64,000 bases of DNA. Origin: Hyphomicrobium sp. Lineage in GTDB: Bacteria > Pseudomonadota > Alphaproteobacteria > Rhizobiales > Hyphomicrobiaceae. Position 1 is the first letter of the stretch, and each line of letters begins with the position of its first letter. Both the position numbers and the translations under genes were made by a program. The notes beneath the pieces are model-generated. The model did not search any database. It was not told the DNA's origin and saw nothing but the letters and a program-made list of their open reading frames with translations. Below are positions 1 through 8,327 of the stretch, piece by piece. Where the stretch lies: positions 708-64,707 of the forward strand of contig DASZVX010000156.1 of NCBI GenBank assembly GCA_035547255.1. The letters run 5' to 3'.

Positions 1-50
1 GCGTAAGAAGCGCCGAAGGCTCAATATTGCGTCTTCGACGAGTCTTCCGT

Positions 51-90
51 TGGATCCCCGGTCGTCGCTTGCGCTCGACCGAGGATGACG
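51..90. repeat. REP-like palindrome, family A (GGATGAC-ended hairpin)
   Basis: tggatccccggtcgtcgcttgcgctcgaccgaggatgacg; near-identical to 3141-3181 and related to 5103-5140. Confidence 0.75.
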
Positions 91-93
91 GGA

Positions 94-510
94 TTACGCG
101 TCCTCCACTTCCGTCACAGCGCGGAAGCGGGCGATGCCGTGGAAAGTTTCGCCGTCGCTGTCGCGGCGGACGTCCGAATATTCGTGGCGAAGATTGGCCA
201 ACCGATGCCCCGATAGCGTCATGTCCTGATCGTGCAATGCCTCGCGCGCCGCCGCGATGACGGCTTCCGCTTCTTTCCTTCCGCGCGCTCGCGACCAGAC
301 GTGCAGCGTCACGAGATGCTCGTAACCTTCGTCCGTTCCGGTCGACCAATCGCGCTCCGTCGATTGTCCGAACGTCACGAACGGGAACTCGGCGCGCGCA
401 GGAGCATCGTCGTAGATGCGCGGTCCGCCGAGTGCGGCAAGCGTCGCCGCATCGCTCGTGAGCTTTTCGAAAATCGCCTTCTGAAGCGCAAAACCTGCAC
501 TGGACATCAT
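94..510 (-). CDS. GTA tail terminator/completion protein, DUF3168 family (RcGTA g8-like)
   Basis: ALQKAIFEKL...RIYDDAP...FPFVTFG...DWST...EHLVTLHVWSR...G+KEA motifs; ATG at 510 overlaps the stop of the upstream small ORF; position in cluster. Confidence 0.9.
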   Translation of the reverse strand: MMSSAGFALQKAIFEKLTSDAATLAALGGPRIYDDAPARAEFPFVTFGQSTERDWSTGTDEGYEHLVTLHVWSRARGRKEAEAVIAAAREALHDQDMTLSGHRLANLRHEYSDVRRDSDGETFHGIARFRAVTEVEDA

Positions 511-677
511 TTGCCTCGCGAGTCCTGATTGCGATTGGCGTCTTGAACCGCGCGCATTGGCGGCCGCTCGCCAGCAAGTCCTGCTTCGCGCCTCGCGACG
601 GCTGCTTGAATCAGGGTCAAAGCCCGTGCGCGTGACGCCGATGTCGCGACGCCGCCGATACTCACATCCACTTTCAT
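507..677 (-). CDS. Small 56-aa GTA-cluster protein (not in ORF track)
   Basis: MKVDVSIGGVATSASRARALTLIQAAVARREAGLAGERPPMRAVQDANRNQDSRGK; ATGA overlaps with the neighbours at both ends. Confidence 0.65.
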   Translation of the reverse strand: MKVDVSIGGVATSASRARALTLIQAAVARREAGLAGERPPMRAVQDANRNQDSRGK

Positions 678-1006
678 AGGTCACGCTCCTCAACTGGACA
701 CTTCAACCAGGCTCCACGATCTTCGACGTCGATGGCGCCGAGAATGTCGAAGATGCGGGTTCCGAACCGGATACGCATGTCGGGCTGGACATCGGCGCGG
801 TAGCGTATCCAGACATCGTGCGTCGCCGTTCCTGCCACGCGATCGAGCGTGAAATCTTCGTCAGCGCTTCGCGACCAGATCGCCGCCCAAACCTCGGCGA
901 CGGTCTTCCATTCCGTCGTCGAGCCTCCAGCGCCGTCGCTCGTGCACTCGGCCCGCTCGATGACGATGCGGTGACGCAAATCGCCTGCCTTGACCGGTGC
1001 CTTCAT
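674..1006 (-). CDS. GTA head closure / head-tail adaptor (SPP1 gp16-like, g7)
   Basis: GDLRHRIVIE...DGAGG...W..VAEVWAAI...THDVWIRYR.DV.PDMRI.FG.RIFDI; ATG at 1006 overlaps the upstream stop. Confidence 0.9.
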   Translation of the reverse strand: MKAPVKAGDLRHRIVIERAECTSDGAGGSTTEWKTVAEVWAAIWSRSADEDFTLDRVAGTATHDVWIRYRADVQPDMRIRFGTRIFDILGAIDVEDRGAWLKCPVEERDL

Positions 1007-1578
1007 AACCTGATCGTCCGAAAAGGGTTGATGAGATCGCTGACGGCATCGGGAATGCGCGCGCCATCGTGGCCGATTTCCTGCGGATCGCGATGCTCGT
1101 ACCAGTGCGCCGTCAGCATGAGGATCGCGTGCTTCAACGGCGCCGGAACGCTCGACGCATCGTCGCCAAATCCTGCCGTTAGATCTATTTCGATACCTGT
1201 CGCGGCGAGTCCCGGCAGCGGCGGCGCGCTGTTGTTCCAGACGAGCCGCGGCGGCCGCGATGCGAGATCGACGAGATAGCTCTGGTCTGAGACGATCGTC
1301 GGATTCCCTGATGCATCCTTGACGCGGACGCCGCCGACCGAGCGCAACGGTGCGATCGGCAAATCGATCTCGCGGCACTTCGGCCAGCGATCGAGCGTCA
1401 GCTTCCACGACTGCGTGATGAGGGCCAGCGACAACGCCGTCTCGATATGCAGCCGCGACGTCAGGATGAGGCTGCCGATCAGCACGTCTTCGGCATCGGT
1501 GTTGATGCGCATGTGCGCCTTGGCATCGGCGACCGTCACCGGCTCCACCGCCGGTGGGCTCGTCATCGCGAGAGACAT
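1003..1578 (-). CDS. GTA head-tail connector (gp6-like, g6)
   Basis: PPAVEPVTVADAKAHMRI...ED.LI..LI...R.HIE...VPAPLKHAILMLTAHWYEHR; AAGGA RBS before ATG 1578. Confidence 0.92.
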   Translation of the reverse strand: MSLAMTSPPAVEPVTVADAKAHMRINTDAEDVLIGSLILTSRLHIETALSLALITQSWKLTLDRWPKCREIDLPIAPLRSVGGVRVKDASGNPTIVSDQSYLVDLASRPPRLVWNNSAPPLPGLAATGIEIDLTAGFGDDASSVPAPLKHAILMLTAHWYEHRDPQEIGHDGARIPDAVSDLINPFRTIRL

Positions 1579-1592
1579 TGCGTGTCCTTGTT

Positions 1593-1638
1593 GATTGCGC
1601 TCGGCGACTCGCGTTCCGCGAGCCGGCCGCCGAGCGCG
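1593..1638. repeat. Palindromic repeat family B, copy 1
   Basis: GCGCTCGGCG-A-CTCGCG-ttc-CGCGAG-CCGGC-CGCCGAGCGC. Confidence 0.8.
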
Positions 1639-1670
1639 TTTGATGTTGCTCTGTTTCGTGCAACCAGTGC

Positions 1671-1738
1671 GCGCCTTGCGGCCGGCTCCGCGAAGCGGAG
1701 TCGCAAGGCGCAACCAAGAGGGTCGCCGAGCGCAAATA
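1671..1738. repeat. Palindromic repeat family B, copy 2 (inverted, full plus half unit)
   Basis: Reverse complement tatttgcgctcggcgac-cctcttggtt-gcgccttgcgactccgcttcgcggagccggccgcaaggcgc. Confidence 0.8.
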
Positions 1739-1821
1739 AGGAAGAATACGGGGCCACCGCGATGCGATGACCCCGCACGCTTTCCGCGCGGGCGGGAGGG
1801 GGAACCCGCGGGAAAGTTCTT

Positions 1822-1867
1822 GATTGCGCCCGGCGACTCCCCTGCGGGGAGCCGGCCGCCGAGCGCG
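1822..1867. repeat. Palindromic repeat family B, copy 3
   Basis: gattGCGCCCGGCG-A-CTCCCC-tgc-GGGGAG-CCGGC-CGCCGAGCGC. Confidence 0.8.
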
Positions 1868-1872
1868 GGTTG

Positions 1873-3114
1873 TTACTCCGCGAACTTCAGCAGCTTGATC
1901 GCGTCGAAGTCCTGGACGCCGCCGCCGACGCGCTTCGTCGTGTAGAAGAGCACGTAGGGCTTGGCGCTGTAAGGATCGCGCAGCACACGGATGCCGGCGC
2001 GGTCGACGATCAGATAGCCGCGCGAGAAGTCACCGAAGGCAATCGCCGTCGCATCTGCCGCGACGTCCGGCATGTCCTCGCTCTCGGCAACCGGATAGCC
2101 CATCAGCGACGGCCATTCGCCCGGCGCAGTCGCAGGCTGCCAGAGATAGTTGCCGTCACCGTCCTTCAGCTTACGCACGGCCGCGACCGTCGCGCGGCTC
2201 ATCATGAAGGTGCCGTTGGCGCGGTAGGGCGCCTTTGCGGCGTAGATGAGATCGAGCAGCTTGTCGCCCGGCGCCGTCGACGGGAACGCGCCTGCGGTGC
2301 CGGTCGCGAGGAAGCCGATCTTGCCCCAGGCCCACGACGCGTTGGCGACGGTGTCGTAAGCGAGAAAGCCCTTCGGCTTGTTCGATCCGTCACCGGAAAC
2401 GAACGCGGTACCTTCCTGCTCCGCGAACGCGATGCGGACTTCTTCGGCCAGCCATTCGTCGATGTTGACGATCGCGTCGTCGAGTAGAGACTGCGATGCG
2501 GCGGGCATCGCGTAGAGTTCCATCGTCGGGAACTGCAGGTTGGCGAGCGTCGGCGTCGCCGTTTGTGTGCGCGATGCGGTCTCTGCGACCCATCCGGTGC
2601 CGACGCCTGTCGTCGCGAACGGCCGGTTGTAGACCGAGCCCGAGACCTGGCGGATGCCGGAGATCGCGCGCATCGGCGAGATCGCCTTCAAAGCGCTGTT
2701 GACCGCAGCTTCGGTCTCGGCAGGCACGAGATAGCCGCCATCGGGAGCCGAGCCCGCCGACAGTGCTTTTTCCTCGATGCGTGCGAGGCGCGAAGCATCG
2801 CCGCGACGCACGTAACCGTCGAATGCTGCCTTGTGCGCGAGCTCGGATGCGGGCGATGCGCCGCCGCCTGAAAGGTTCGGGCGCGCGGATTTCAGCGCGA
2901 GATTGTCCGCGACACGTTTCGTCGAGTCGAGCGTCTCTTCGATGCGCGCCAACTTCTCCGCGACGAGCGTGTCGGAGGCCCCGCGCTGCTCGATCTCAGC
3001 CAGGCGCTGATCGTTCGTTTCCTTGAAGGCTTCGAACGCTTCGAGGAATTCTTCGAAGGCGCGCGCGGTTTCCCCGCCCGCCCCCTTCGTCTCGAGGGTG
3101 GTTGTGCCGGTCAT
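1873..3114 (-). CDS. GTA major capsid protein, HK97 fold (g5)
   Basis: DGGYLVP, TMELYAMPAASQ.LLDD, AFAEQEG.AF..GDG.NKPKGFL, LRDPYSAKPYVLFYTTKRVGGGVQDFDAIKLLKF are RcGTA-type capsid signatures; AGGA RBS. Confidence 0.97.
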   Translation of the reverse strand: MTGTTTLETKGAGGETARAFEEFLEAFEAFKETNDQRLAEIEQRGASDTLVAEKLARIEETLDSTKRVADNLALKSARPNLSGGGASPASELAHKAAFDGYVRRGDASRLARIEEKALSAGSAPDGGYLVPAETEAAVNSALKAISPMRAISGIRQVSGSVYNRPFATTGVGTGWVAETASRTQTATPTLANLQFPTMELYAMPAASQSLLDDAIVNIDEWLAEEVRIAFAEQEGTAFVSGDGSNKPKGFLAYDTVANASWAWGKIGFLATGTAGAFPSTAPGDKLLDLIYAAKAPYRANGTFMMSRATVAAVRKLKDGDGNYLWQPATAPGEWPSLMGYPVAESEDMPDVAADATAIAFGDFSRGYLIVDRAGIRVLRDPYSAKPYVLFYTTKRVGGGVQDFDAIKLLKFAE

Positions 3115-3140
3115 GTGTTGTCCTGTTGTTTAAAACCTAC

Positions 3141-3181
3141 CGTCATCCCCGGTCTTCGCGTGCGCTCGACCGAGGATGACG
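3141..3181. repeat. REP-like palindrome, family A
   Basis: cgtcatccccggtc...gaccgaggatgacg hairpin between protease and capsid genes. Confidence 0.75.
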
Positions 3182-3184
3182 AAA

Positions 3185-3883
3185 TCAAGTTGCCTGCATC
3201 ATCTGCGCGGCTTCGCGGAAACGGGAAGCGAGCACAGCATCGCCATCAAACCTCCGGCCCGCGTCCCGCAGAGCCTTCAGTCCATGAAAGCCCGAGCGGA
3301 GAACCGCGCGCGCTTCCATTCGCGTCAGCCCAGCATCCCGCGTGAGCCAGCGCTCGAATTCACGTTCGGTCGGCGAGCTGACCGCGAACGGCCGCGTCTT
3401 CACGCTTTCGACGCGCGCCCCTGGCAGCATCGGAAACGTGACGACCGAAATTTCCCAGAGATCGACTTTATCCAGGCGGCGCACACCGGTTGCCGCGTCG
3501 CGGCGCGCCTTCACCGTCTTGAAGCCGATCGAAAGTCCGTCGAGCGCACCGGCGCGCATCAGCGCCAGGACTTCGCGCGCTTTCGCGACCGCCGTCATCA
3601 GGCGACCGCGCACATAAAGCCCGCGCGTGTCCTCGCGGATCTCGTCCCAGACACCGATCGGCTCGGCCGGATCGTGCTGGAACAGCATCTTGATGCGTTG
3701 CGTGCCGCGGCTCGCTAAGCTCTCACGAAAAGCGCCCGGCGTGATGACGTCGTGACCCAAGTCCTCGCGATTGAAGAGGCTCGCGTAGCCTTCGAACACG
3801 CCGTCGTCGAGCGACTTCGCCTCAAGCGGCAAGGCCCGGCTCCGCTTGACGAGTGAGGCCGGCATCAGAAATTCTTCGATCAT
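3185..3883 (-). CDS. GTA prohead (HK97-family) maturation protease (g4)
   Basis: FEGYASLF..EDLG.D, MLFQHDP.EPIGVW, GLSIGF, LWEISVVTFPM. Confidence 0.95.
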   Translation of the reverse strand: MIEEFLMPASLVKRSRALPLEAKSLDDGVFEGYASLFNREDLGHDVITPGAFRESLASRGTQRIKMLFQHDPAEPIGVWDEIREDTRGLYVRGRLMTAVAKAREVLALMRAGALDGLSIGFKTVKARRDAATGVRRLDKVDLWEISVVTFPMLPGARVESVKTRPFAVSSPTEREFERWLTRDAGLTRMEARAVLRSGFHGLKALRDAGRRFDGDAVLASRFREAAQMMQAT

Positions 3884-5100
3884 ATAATATTTCCTGGCTT
3901 GCGCCCGTCGAGCGCGGATGAACTTCCGTATCCCGCCGCGGCGCGTTTCTCGTCGGTGGAGAGGAAGCTCGCGCCTTCGAGGCGTTTCCAGAGCGCGTCG
4001 CGTTCGGGCGCAAGGGCTTCGATCTGATCGAGGTCGGGTTTTAGCTCTATGTTTGCGCTCGGCGAGTTTTGGTTTGCGCCGGGCGACTCCGCTTCGCGGA
4101 GCCGGCCGCTCGGCGCGCTGGATGTTTCGAATGCCGGTGCTAGCCAGGATGAAAGTGCACGCGCAGTACGGTTCACCAGCGGCAGCACGGTCTGTCGCCA
4201 GAAGGCACGCTGCGCTTCCTGATAATTCGAATACGTGTTGTCGCCCGGAATGCCGAGCAGCATTGGCGGCACGCCGATCGCCAGCGCGATCTCACGCGCG
4301 GCGACGTTCTTCGCCTCGATGAAGTCCATGTCCTTCGGCGTCAGCGACAATGGCTTCCAGTCGAGACCGCCTTCGAGAAGCAGTGGACGTCCGGCCGCAC
4401 GCGCGCCCTGGAAGTTTGTTTCGAGCTCGCTCTTCAGACGCGTGAACTGCTCGTCCGTCATCTGGCCGTTCGCTGCGGCGTAGACGAGCGCGCCCGAGGG
4501 CCGTGCGGAATTGTCGAGCAGCGCCTTGTTCCAGCCCGACGCGGTGTTGTGAATGTCGATCGCGGTGGCAGCCGCCTCGATCGGGCTCATGCCATAGTGG
4601 TCGTTGACGGGATGAAAGAGCTTGAGGTGCAGGATCGGGCGCACGCCTTCGACGACATCGTCGATGAAACGCACGGATCGTCCGCAAACGGTGTACTCGT
4701 AACCCTCCGGCCAGCCATCGACGCCTGGGATCACCTTCATGCGGTCGGGGCGCAGGATGTGCAGCTCGCGCAGTTCGCCGTCGAGCGCGACGGCTTCGAC
4801 ATAAGCGTTGCCCGAGACGAGCAGGAAGCCGTACCAGGCTTCGAGAAAATCGGTGCCGGTGTGATCGAGGCTCGGGCGCCGGATGAGGGTCAGCAGCGGA
4901 TGATCCTCGATCTCGTTCGTGCCCTCGTAGAGAAGCAGCGGGATCGAAGCGGCGGCCTCCGCGATCATGCGCACCGAGCGATAGACGATGGCATTCTGCA
5001 TGAAGCCTTCGCGCGCGAAGGCCGTGTAATCGCGCGGCGCCCACACGGGCTCACCGAGGTTTTGGTAGGCGATCAAAGGGCCAACGACAGAGCCCTTGAA
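3880..5100 (-). CDS. GTA portal protein (HK97 family, g3); apparently 5'-truncated, true start unclear
   Basis: KGSVVGPLIA, REGF.QNAIVYRSVRMIAEAAA, LRPDRMKV, WNKALLDNSARPSGAL, LLEGGLDWK, GIPGDNTYSNYQEA; the TTG at 5175 used by the ORF track coincides with a -35 hexamer. Confidence 0.85.
   Translation of the reverse strand, partial: FKGSVVGPLIAYQNLGEPVWAPRDYTAFAREGFMQNAIVYRSVRMIAEAAASIPLLLYEGTNEIEDHPLLTLIRRPSLDHTGTDFLEAWYGFLLVSGNAYVEAVALDGELRELHILRPDRMKVIPGVDGWPEGYEYTVCGRSVRFIDDVVEGVRPILHLKLFHPVNDHYGMSPIEAAATAIDIHNTASGWNKALLDNSARPSGALVYAAANGQMTDEQFTRLKSELETNFQGARAAGRPLLLEGGLDWKPLSLTPKDMDFIEAKNVAAREIALAIGVPPMLLGIPGDNTYSNYQEAQRAFWRQTVLPLVNRTARALSSWLAPAFETSSAPSGRLREAESPGANQNSPSANIELKPDLDQIEALAPERDALWKRLEGASFLSTDEKRAAAGYGSSSALDGRKPGNII
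4048..4118. repeat. Palindromic repeat family B, copy 4 (half plus full unit), in-frame inside the portal gene
   Basis: tttgcgctcggcgag-ttttggttt-gcgccgggcgactccgcttcgcggagccggccgctcggcgcg encodes SAPSGRLREAESPGANQNSPSANI. Confidence 0.8.
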
Positions 5101-5102
5101 GG

Positions 5103-5140
5103 TGGGTCCCGGCTCTCCGCTATGCGTCGGCCGGGATGAC
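5103..5140. repeat. REP-like palindrome, family A, at the promoter/portal junction
   Basis: Minus strand GTCATCCCGGCCGACGCATAGCGGAGAGCCGGGACCCA. Confidence 0.75.
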
Positions 5141-5146
5141 AAGGAA

Positions 5147-5175
5147 ATGATGCCCGAGAAGCGTCGCGCTGTCAA
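5147..5175 (-). promoter_or_regulatory. Putative sigma70 promoter of the GTA operon
   Basis: TTGACA (5175-5170), 17-nt spacer, CATCAT (5152-5147). Confidence 0.6.
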
Positions 5176-5189
5176 TTGTGAAAGCGATG

Positions 5190-5222
5190 TAACGCGTTGA
5201 AAATTATAGCTATTATTGAATT
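5190..5222 (-). promoter_or_regulatory. Putative IHF site with upstream A/T tract
   Basis: TTTCAACGCGTTA (one mismatch to WATCAANNNNTTR) preceded by aataatagctataat. Confidence 0.5.
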
Positions 5223-5263
5223 TCTTCAGTCAAACCGTCCAAGTATAAATGAGCACGGACGGA

Positions 5264-5276
5264 CGGGGATAAGTTT
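5264..5276 (-). promoter_or_regulatory. DnaA-box-like 13-mer AAACTTATCCCCG (candidate GafY-like activator site)
   Basis: Identical to 13420-13432 and to the inverted copy at 13477-13489. Confidence 0.55.
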
Positions 5277-5277
5277 C

Positions 5278-5793
5278 TCACCGCTTGGCGGACACAGCGC
5301 GCTTCTTAGATTGACGCTGTTCCGGTTGGGCCGGATCCTCACCCTCTCCCAAATCCGGGATGATGTAGCGCCAGTAGTTTTCTTCCTTCACACGCCGTTC
5401 GCTCATAGCGAAGGAACTGACCGAGATGCCGGCCTGATGCACGGTCTCGGGTGAACCCGAAACGAGCGGGTGCCACCAGGGCAGATCGCGCCCCTCGCCG
5501 ACAATGCGATAGCCGCAGGTCGGCGGCAGCCATGTCAGCTCGCGCGCCCGTTTGACGTCGATCTCAAGGCAGTCGGGCATCTTGCTGAAACGATTCGCAT
5601 AATCGCGGCAGCGGCAGGTCCGGACGTTCAGCATGCTGCAGGCGAGCCGCGTCGTATAGACCTCGCTCGTGTCCTCGTCCTCAAGTTTTATCAGGCAGCA
5701 GCGGCCGCAGCCGTCGCAGAGCGATTCCCACTCGTCGGGCGACAACTCCTCAAGCGTTTTGGTCTTCCAGAACGGTTCGCTGTCGCCGCTCAA
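5278..5793 (-). CDS. ycgN: YcgN family cysteine-cluster protein (CxxCxxCC)
   Basis: [11 protein letters not shown]...[35 protein letters not shown]. Confidence 0.9.
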   Translation of the reverse strand: MSGDSEPFWKTKTLEELSPDEWESLCDGCGRCCLIKLEDEDTSEVYTTRLACSMLNVRTCRCRDYANRFSKMPDCLEIDVKRARELTWLPPTCGYRIVGEGRDLPWWHPLVSGSPETVHQAGISVSSFAMSERRVKEENYWRYIIPDLGEGEDPAQPEQRQSKKRAVSAKR

Positions 5794-5983
5794 CGTCGGT
5801 CTCTCTTTCACTTGCCAGCGCGGCCGAATTGACCACAATTTGGTCGCCTTGAGACGCCTAACGTCCGGCGCCAAGGTTTGCGGTGCATCCAGCAGGGAAG
5901 CGCCGCAATTGGCGCTTGCAATGCGTCACGTGTTTTGGTGCTGAAGGGGCTTAAGCCCACGTGCCCGGCATGGCAAGCCTGAC

Positions 5984-8314
5984 TTGGCAGCCAGACGTGG
6001 TCGGGCGACGCGGCAAAGGGTGACGGTCTTGAACGACTGGTTCTTCAGGCAGGGCGGACGCGACCGTTTCATCAATTGGCTCGCCCTTGATTCGAAACTC
6101 AACTCGACGCTCGGCGAGAGCTGGTCTCGCATCAAGGATTACTGGAATGCGGGATCGAGCTATTTCGCGCGCTTCCAACTTGTCGGCTGGCGGCGGCTCC
6201 TGAATGAGTTCGCGTCCGAAAGCCTCACGATGCTGTTCGGCGGCTTCGTCGTACTCTACGGCCTCGCCCTTCCGGCGTTCCAGGAATTCGATGAGAGCAA
6301 GTTCCAGACGGGCAAGTACGCGGTCACGTTTCTCGACGTCAACGGCAACGAGATCGGCAAGCGTGGTATCCTGCACAACGACGCGGTGCCGCTCGACCAG
6401 ATTCCTGACGTCTTGATCAAGGCGACGCTCGCAACGGAAGACCGCCGCTTCTTCGAGCATTACGGCATCGACGTGTTCGGCACGCTGCGCGCGCTTCTGA
6501 CGAACGTCCAGGCGAACGAGGTCGTGCAGGGCGGCTCGACGCTGACGCAGCAGCTTGCGAAAAACCTGTTCCTCTCCTCCGAGCGCTCGCTGCAGCGAAA
6601 GATCAAGGAGCTGTTCCTCGCCTTCCTGCTCGAGAGCCGTTACTCGAAACGGCAGATCCTGAAGCTCTATTTCGATCGCGCCTACATGGGCGGCGGCACG
6701 TTCGGCGTCGAAGCGGCATCGCAGTATTATTTCGGCAAGTCGGTGCGCGACATCAACATGGCGGAAGCCGCGATGCTCGCCGGGCTCTTCAAGGCACCGA
6801 CGAAGTATTCGCCCCTCGTCGATCTTGCAGCGTCTCGCGCCCGCACGAACCAGGTGCTCGATAACCTCGTCGAAGCCGGATACTACACGGCGGGACAAGT
6901 TCATGCGGCGCGCATGAACCCGGCCAAGATCGCCGAGAACCGCACGTCGACAAGTCCGGATTGGTTCCTCGACTGGGCCTATGAAGAAGTGCAGCGCCTC
7001 GCAGAAGGCAAGGGCCAGTATGTGCTGACGGCGCGCACGACCGTCGATCTGACGCTGCAGCGGCAGGCGGAGGAAGCGCTCAGCGCCACACTGAAGCGCA
7101 ACGGCCGGGCCGACCACTTCAATTCCGGCGCCATCGTCGTGATGGAGCCCGACGGAAAGGTACGCGCCATCGTCGGCGGACCGGATTACGGCGAAAGCCA
7201 GTTCAATCGCGCAACGCACGCCAAACGCCAGCCCGGCTCGTCATTCAAGGTCTACGTCTACGCCACCGCGATGGAGAACGGCTATACGCCCGACACGATC
7301 GTGCGCGACGCCTCGCGCTCGTGCGGAAACTGGTCGCCGTCGAACTATGGCGGCGGCGGCGGTTCGGGAGCGCGAATGCCGTTATGGCAAGCGCTCGCAC
7401 GCTCGCTGAACACCGTTGCGACCGAACTTTCGTTTGCCGTCGGACGCGACAAGGTCATCGAGATGACGAAGCGGCTTGGCATCGAAGGTGTCAAGAAGAC
7501 GTGCTCTATGGCGCTCGGCGACGGCGGCATCACGGTCCTCGAGCATACCGGGGGATTTGCGACATTCGCCAACGGCGGCAAGCGCGCGATCCCCTACGGC
7601 ATTCTCGACATCACGACCTCGAAAGGCGACTTGCTCTATTCACGCGAGCGCGACGAGCCGCCACCGAAGCAGGTCGTCTCGCGGCACGTCGCCGAAGAGA
7701 TGAACCTCATGCTTTATCGCGTCGTCAACGAGGGCACCGGCGGAATGGCCAACCTCGACTTCACCAACGTCGCGGGCAAGACCGGCACATCGACGGGTCC
7801 CAAAGACGCGTGGTTCATGGGCTTCACGGGCAAGTACGTCGCCGGCGTCTGGATCGGCAACGATGACAACCATCCGATGCGCACCGGCGTCACCGGCGGC
7901 CATCAGGCGGCGCCCGTCTGGCACGATCTGATGACCGTCGCGCATACCGATATGAACATTCCAACCATTCCCGGCCTGCCGATGCATCCGCGACAGGTCG
8001 AGGAGCAGCAGCGGCTTGCAGCACTCAAAGCCGCGCAAGTTGCGGAGGGCCTCGAGCCGGCCGCGAAGGCTGCCGACACCGGCAAACCCGAAAGCATCAT
8101 GCCCGACAAGACACGCGCGGTGTTGAAGACGCTGACGGCAGCGTTGCGCAAAGCCGAAGGCGGGCCCGGAGAACCCGCCGCGTCGCCATCCTCGACAGGG
8201 ACCCCGCCGGACCCGGCGAAGGAGAAACCGGCAGCGCGGCCCGACCGGCGCGCGACACTCTTCGATACGTCCCCCGGCGAGCCGACGGCTTCGTCCGCCC
8301 AGAGCGCGCAATAG
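5984..8314 (+). CDS. Class A penicillin-binding protein (transglycosylase/transpeptidase, PBP1A family)
   Basis: EDRRFFEH.G.D, QGGSTLTQQLAKN, RQPGSSFK, S.N, KTGT. Confidence 0.93.
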   Translation: MAARRGRATRQRVTVLNDWFFRQGGRDRFINWLALDSKLNSTLGESWSRIKDYWNAGSSYFARFQLVGWRRLLNEFASESLTMLFGGFVVLYGLALPAFQEFDESKFQTGKYAVTFLDVNGNEIGKRGILHNDAVPLDQIPDVLIKATLATEDRRFFEHYGIDVFGTLRALLTNVQANEVVQGGSTLTQQLAKNLFLSSERSLQRKIKELFLAFLLESRYSKRQILKLYFDRAYMGGGTFGVEAASQYYFGKSVRDINMAEAAMLAGLFKAPTKYSPLVDLAASRARTNQVLDNLVEAGYYTAGQVHAARMNPAKIAENRTSTSPDWFLDWAYEEVQRLAEGKGQYVLTARTTVDLTLQRQAEEALSATLKRNGRADHFNSGAIVVMEPDGKVRAIVGGPDYGESQFNRATHAKRQPGSSFKVYVYATAMENGYTPDTIVRDASRSCGNWSPSNYGGGGGSGARMPLWQALARSLNTVATELSFAVGRDKVIEMTKRLGIEGVKKTCSMALGDGGITVLEHTGGFATFANGGKRAIPYGILDITTSKGDLLYSRERDEPPPKQVVSRHVAEEMNLMLYRVVNEGTGGMANLDFTNVAGKTGTSTGPKDAWFMGFTGKYVAGVWIGNDDNHPMRTGVTGGHQAAPVWHDLMTVAHTDMNIPTIPGLPMHPRQVEEQQRLAALKAAQVAEGLEPAAKAADTGKPESIMPDKTRAVLKTLTAALRKAEGGPGEPAASPSSTGTPPDPAKEKPAARPDRRATLFDTSPGEPTASSAQSAQ

Positions 8315-8327
8315 GAGGATCGCCCGA

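Noticed and set aside
1593-1867. CRISPR-like array in the clustered repeats
   Set aside because: Copies differ in sequence, orientation and spacing; there are no regular spacers or cas genes.
94-5175. Prophage interpretation of the head-neck genes
   Set aside because: Proteins carry RcGTA-type signatures, sit among core genes near gafYZ-like activators, and no integrase, repressor or replication genes are visible.
5101-5175. TTG at 5175 as the portal start codon
   Set aside because: It has no RBS, the TTG is part of a TTGACA with a properly spaced -10, and the following codons include a palindromic repeat. Not fully excluded.
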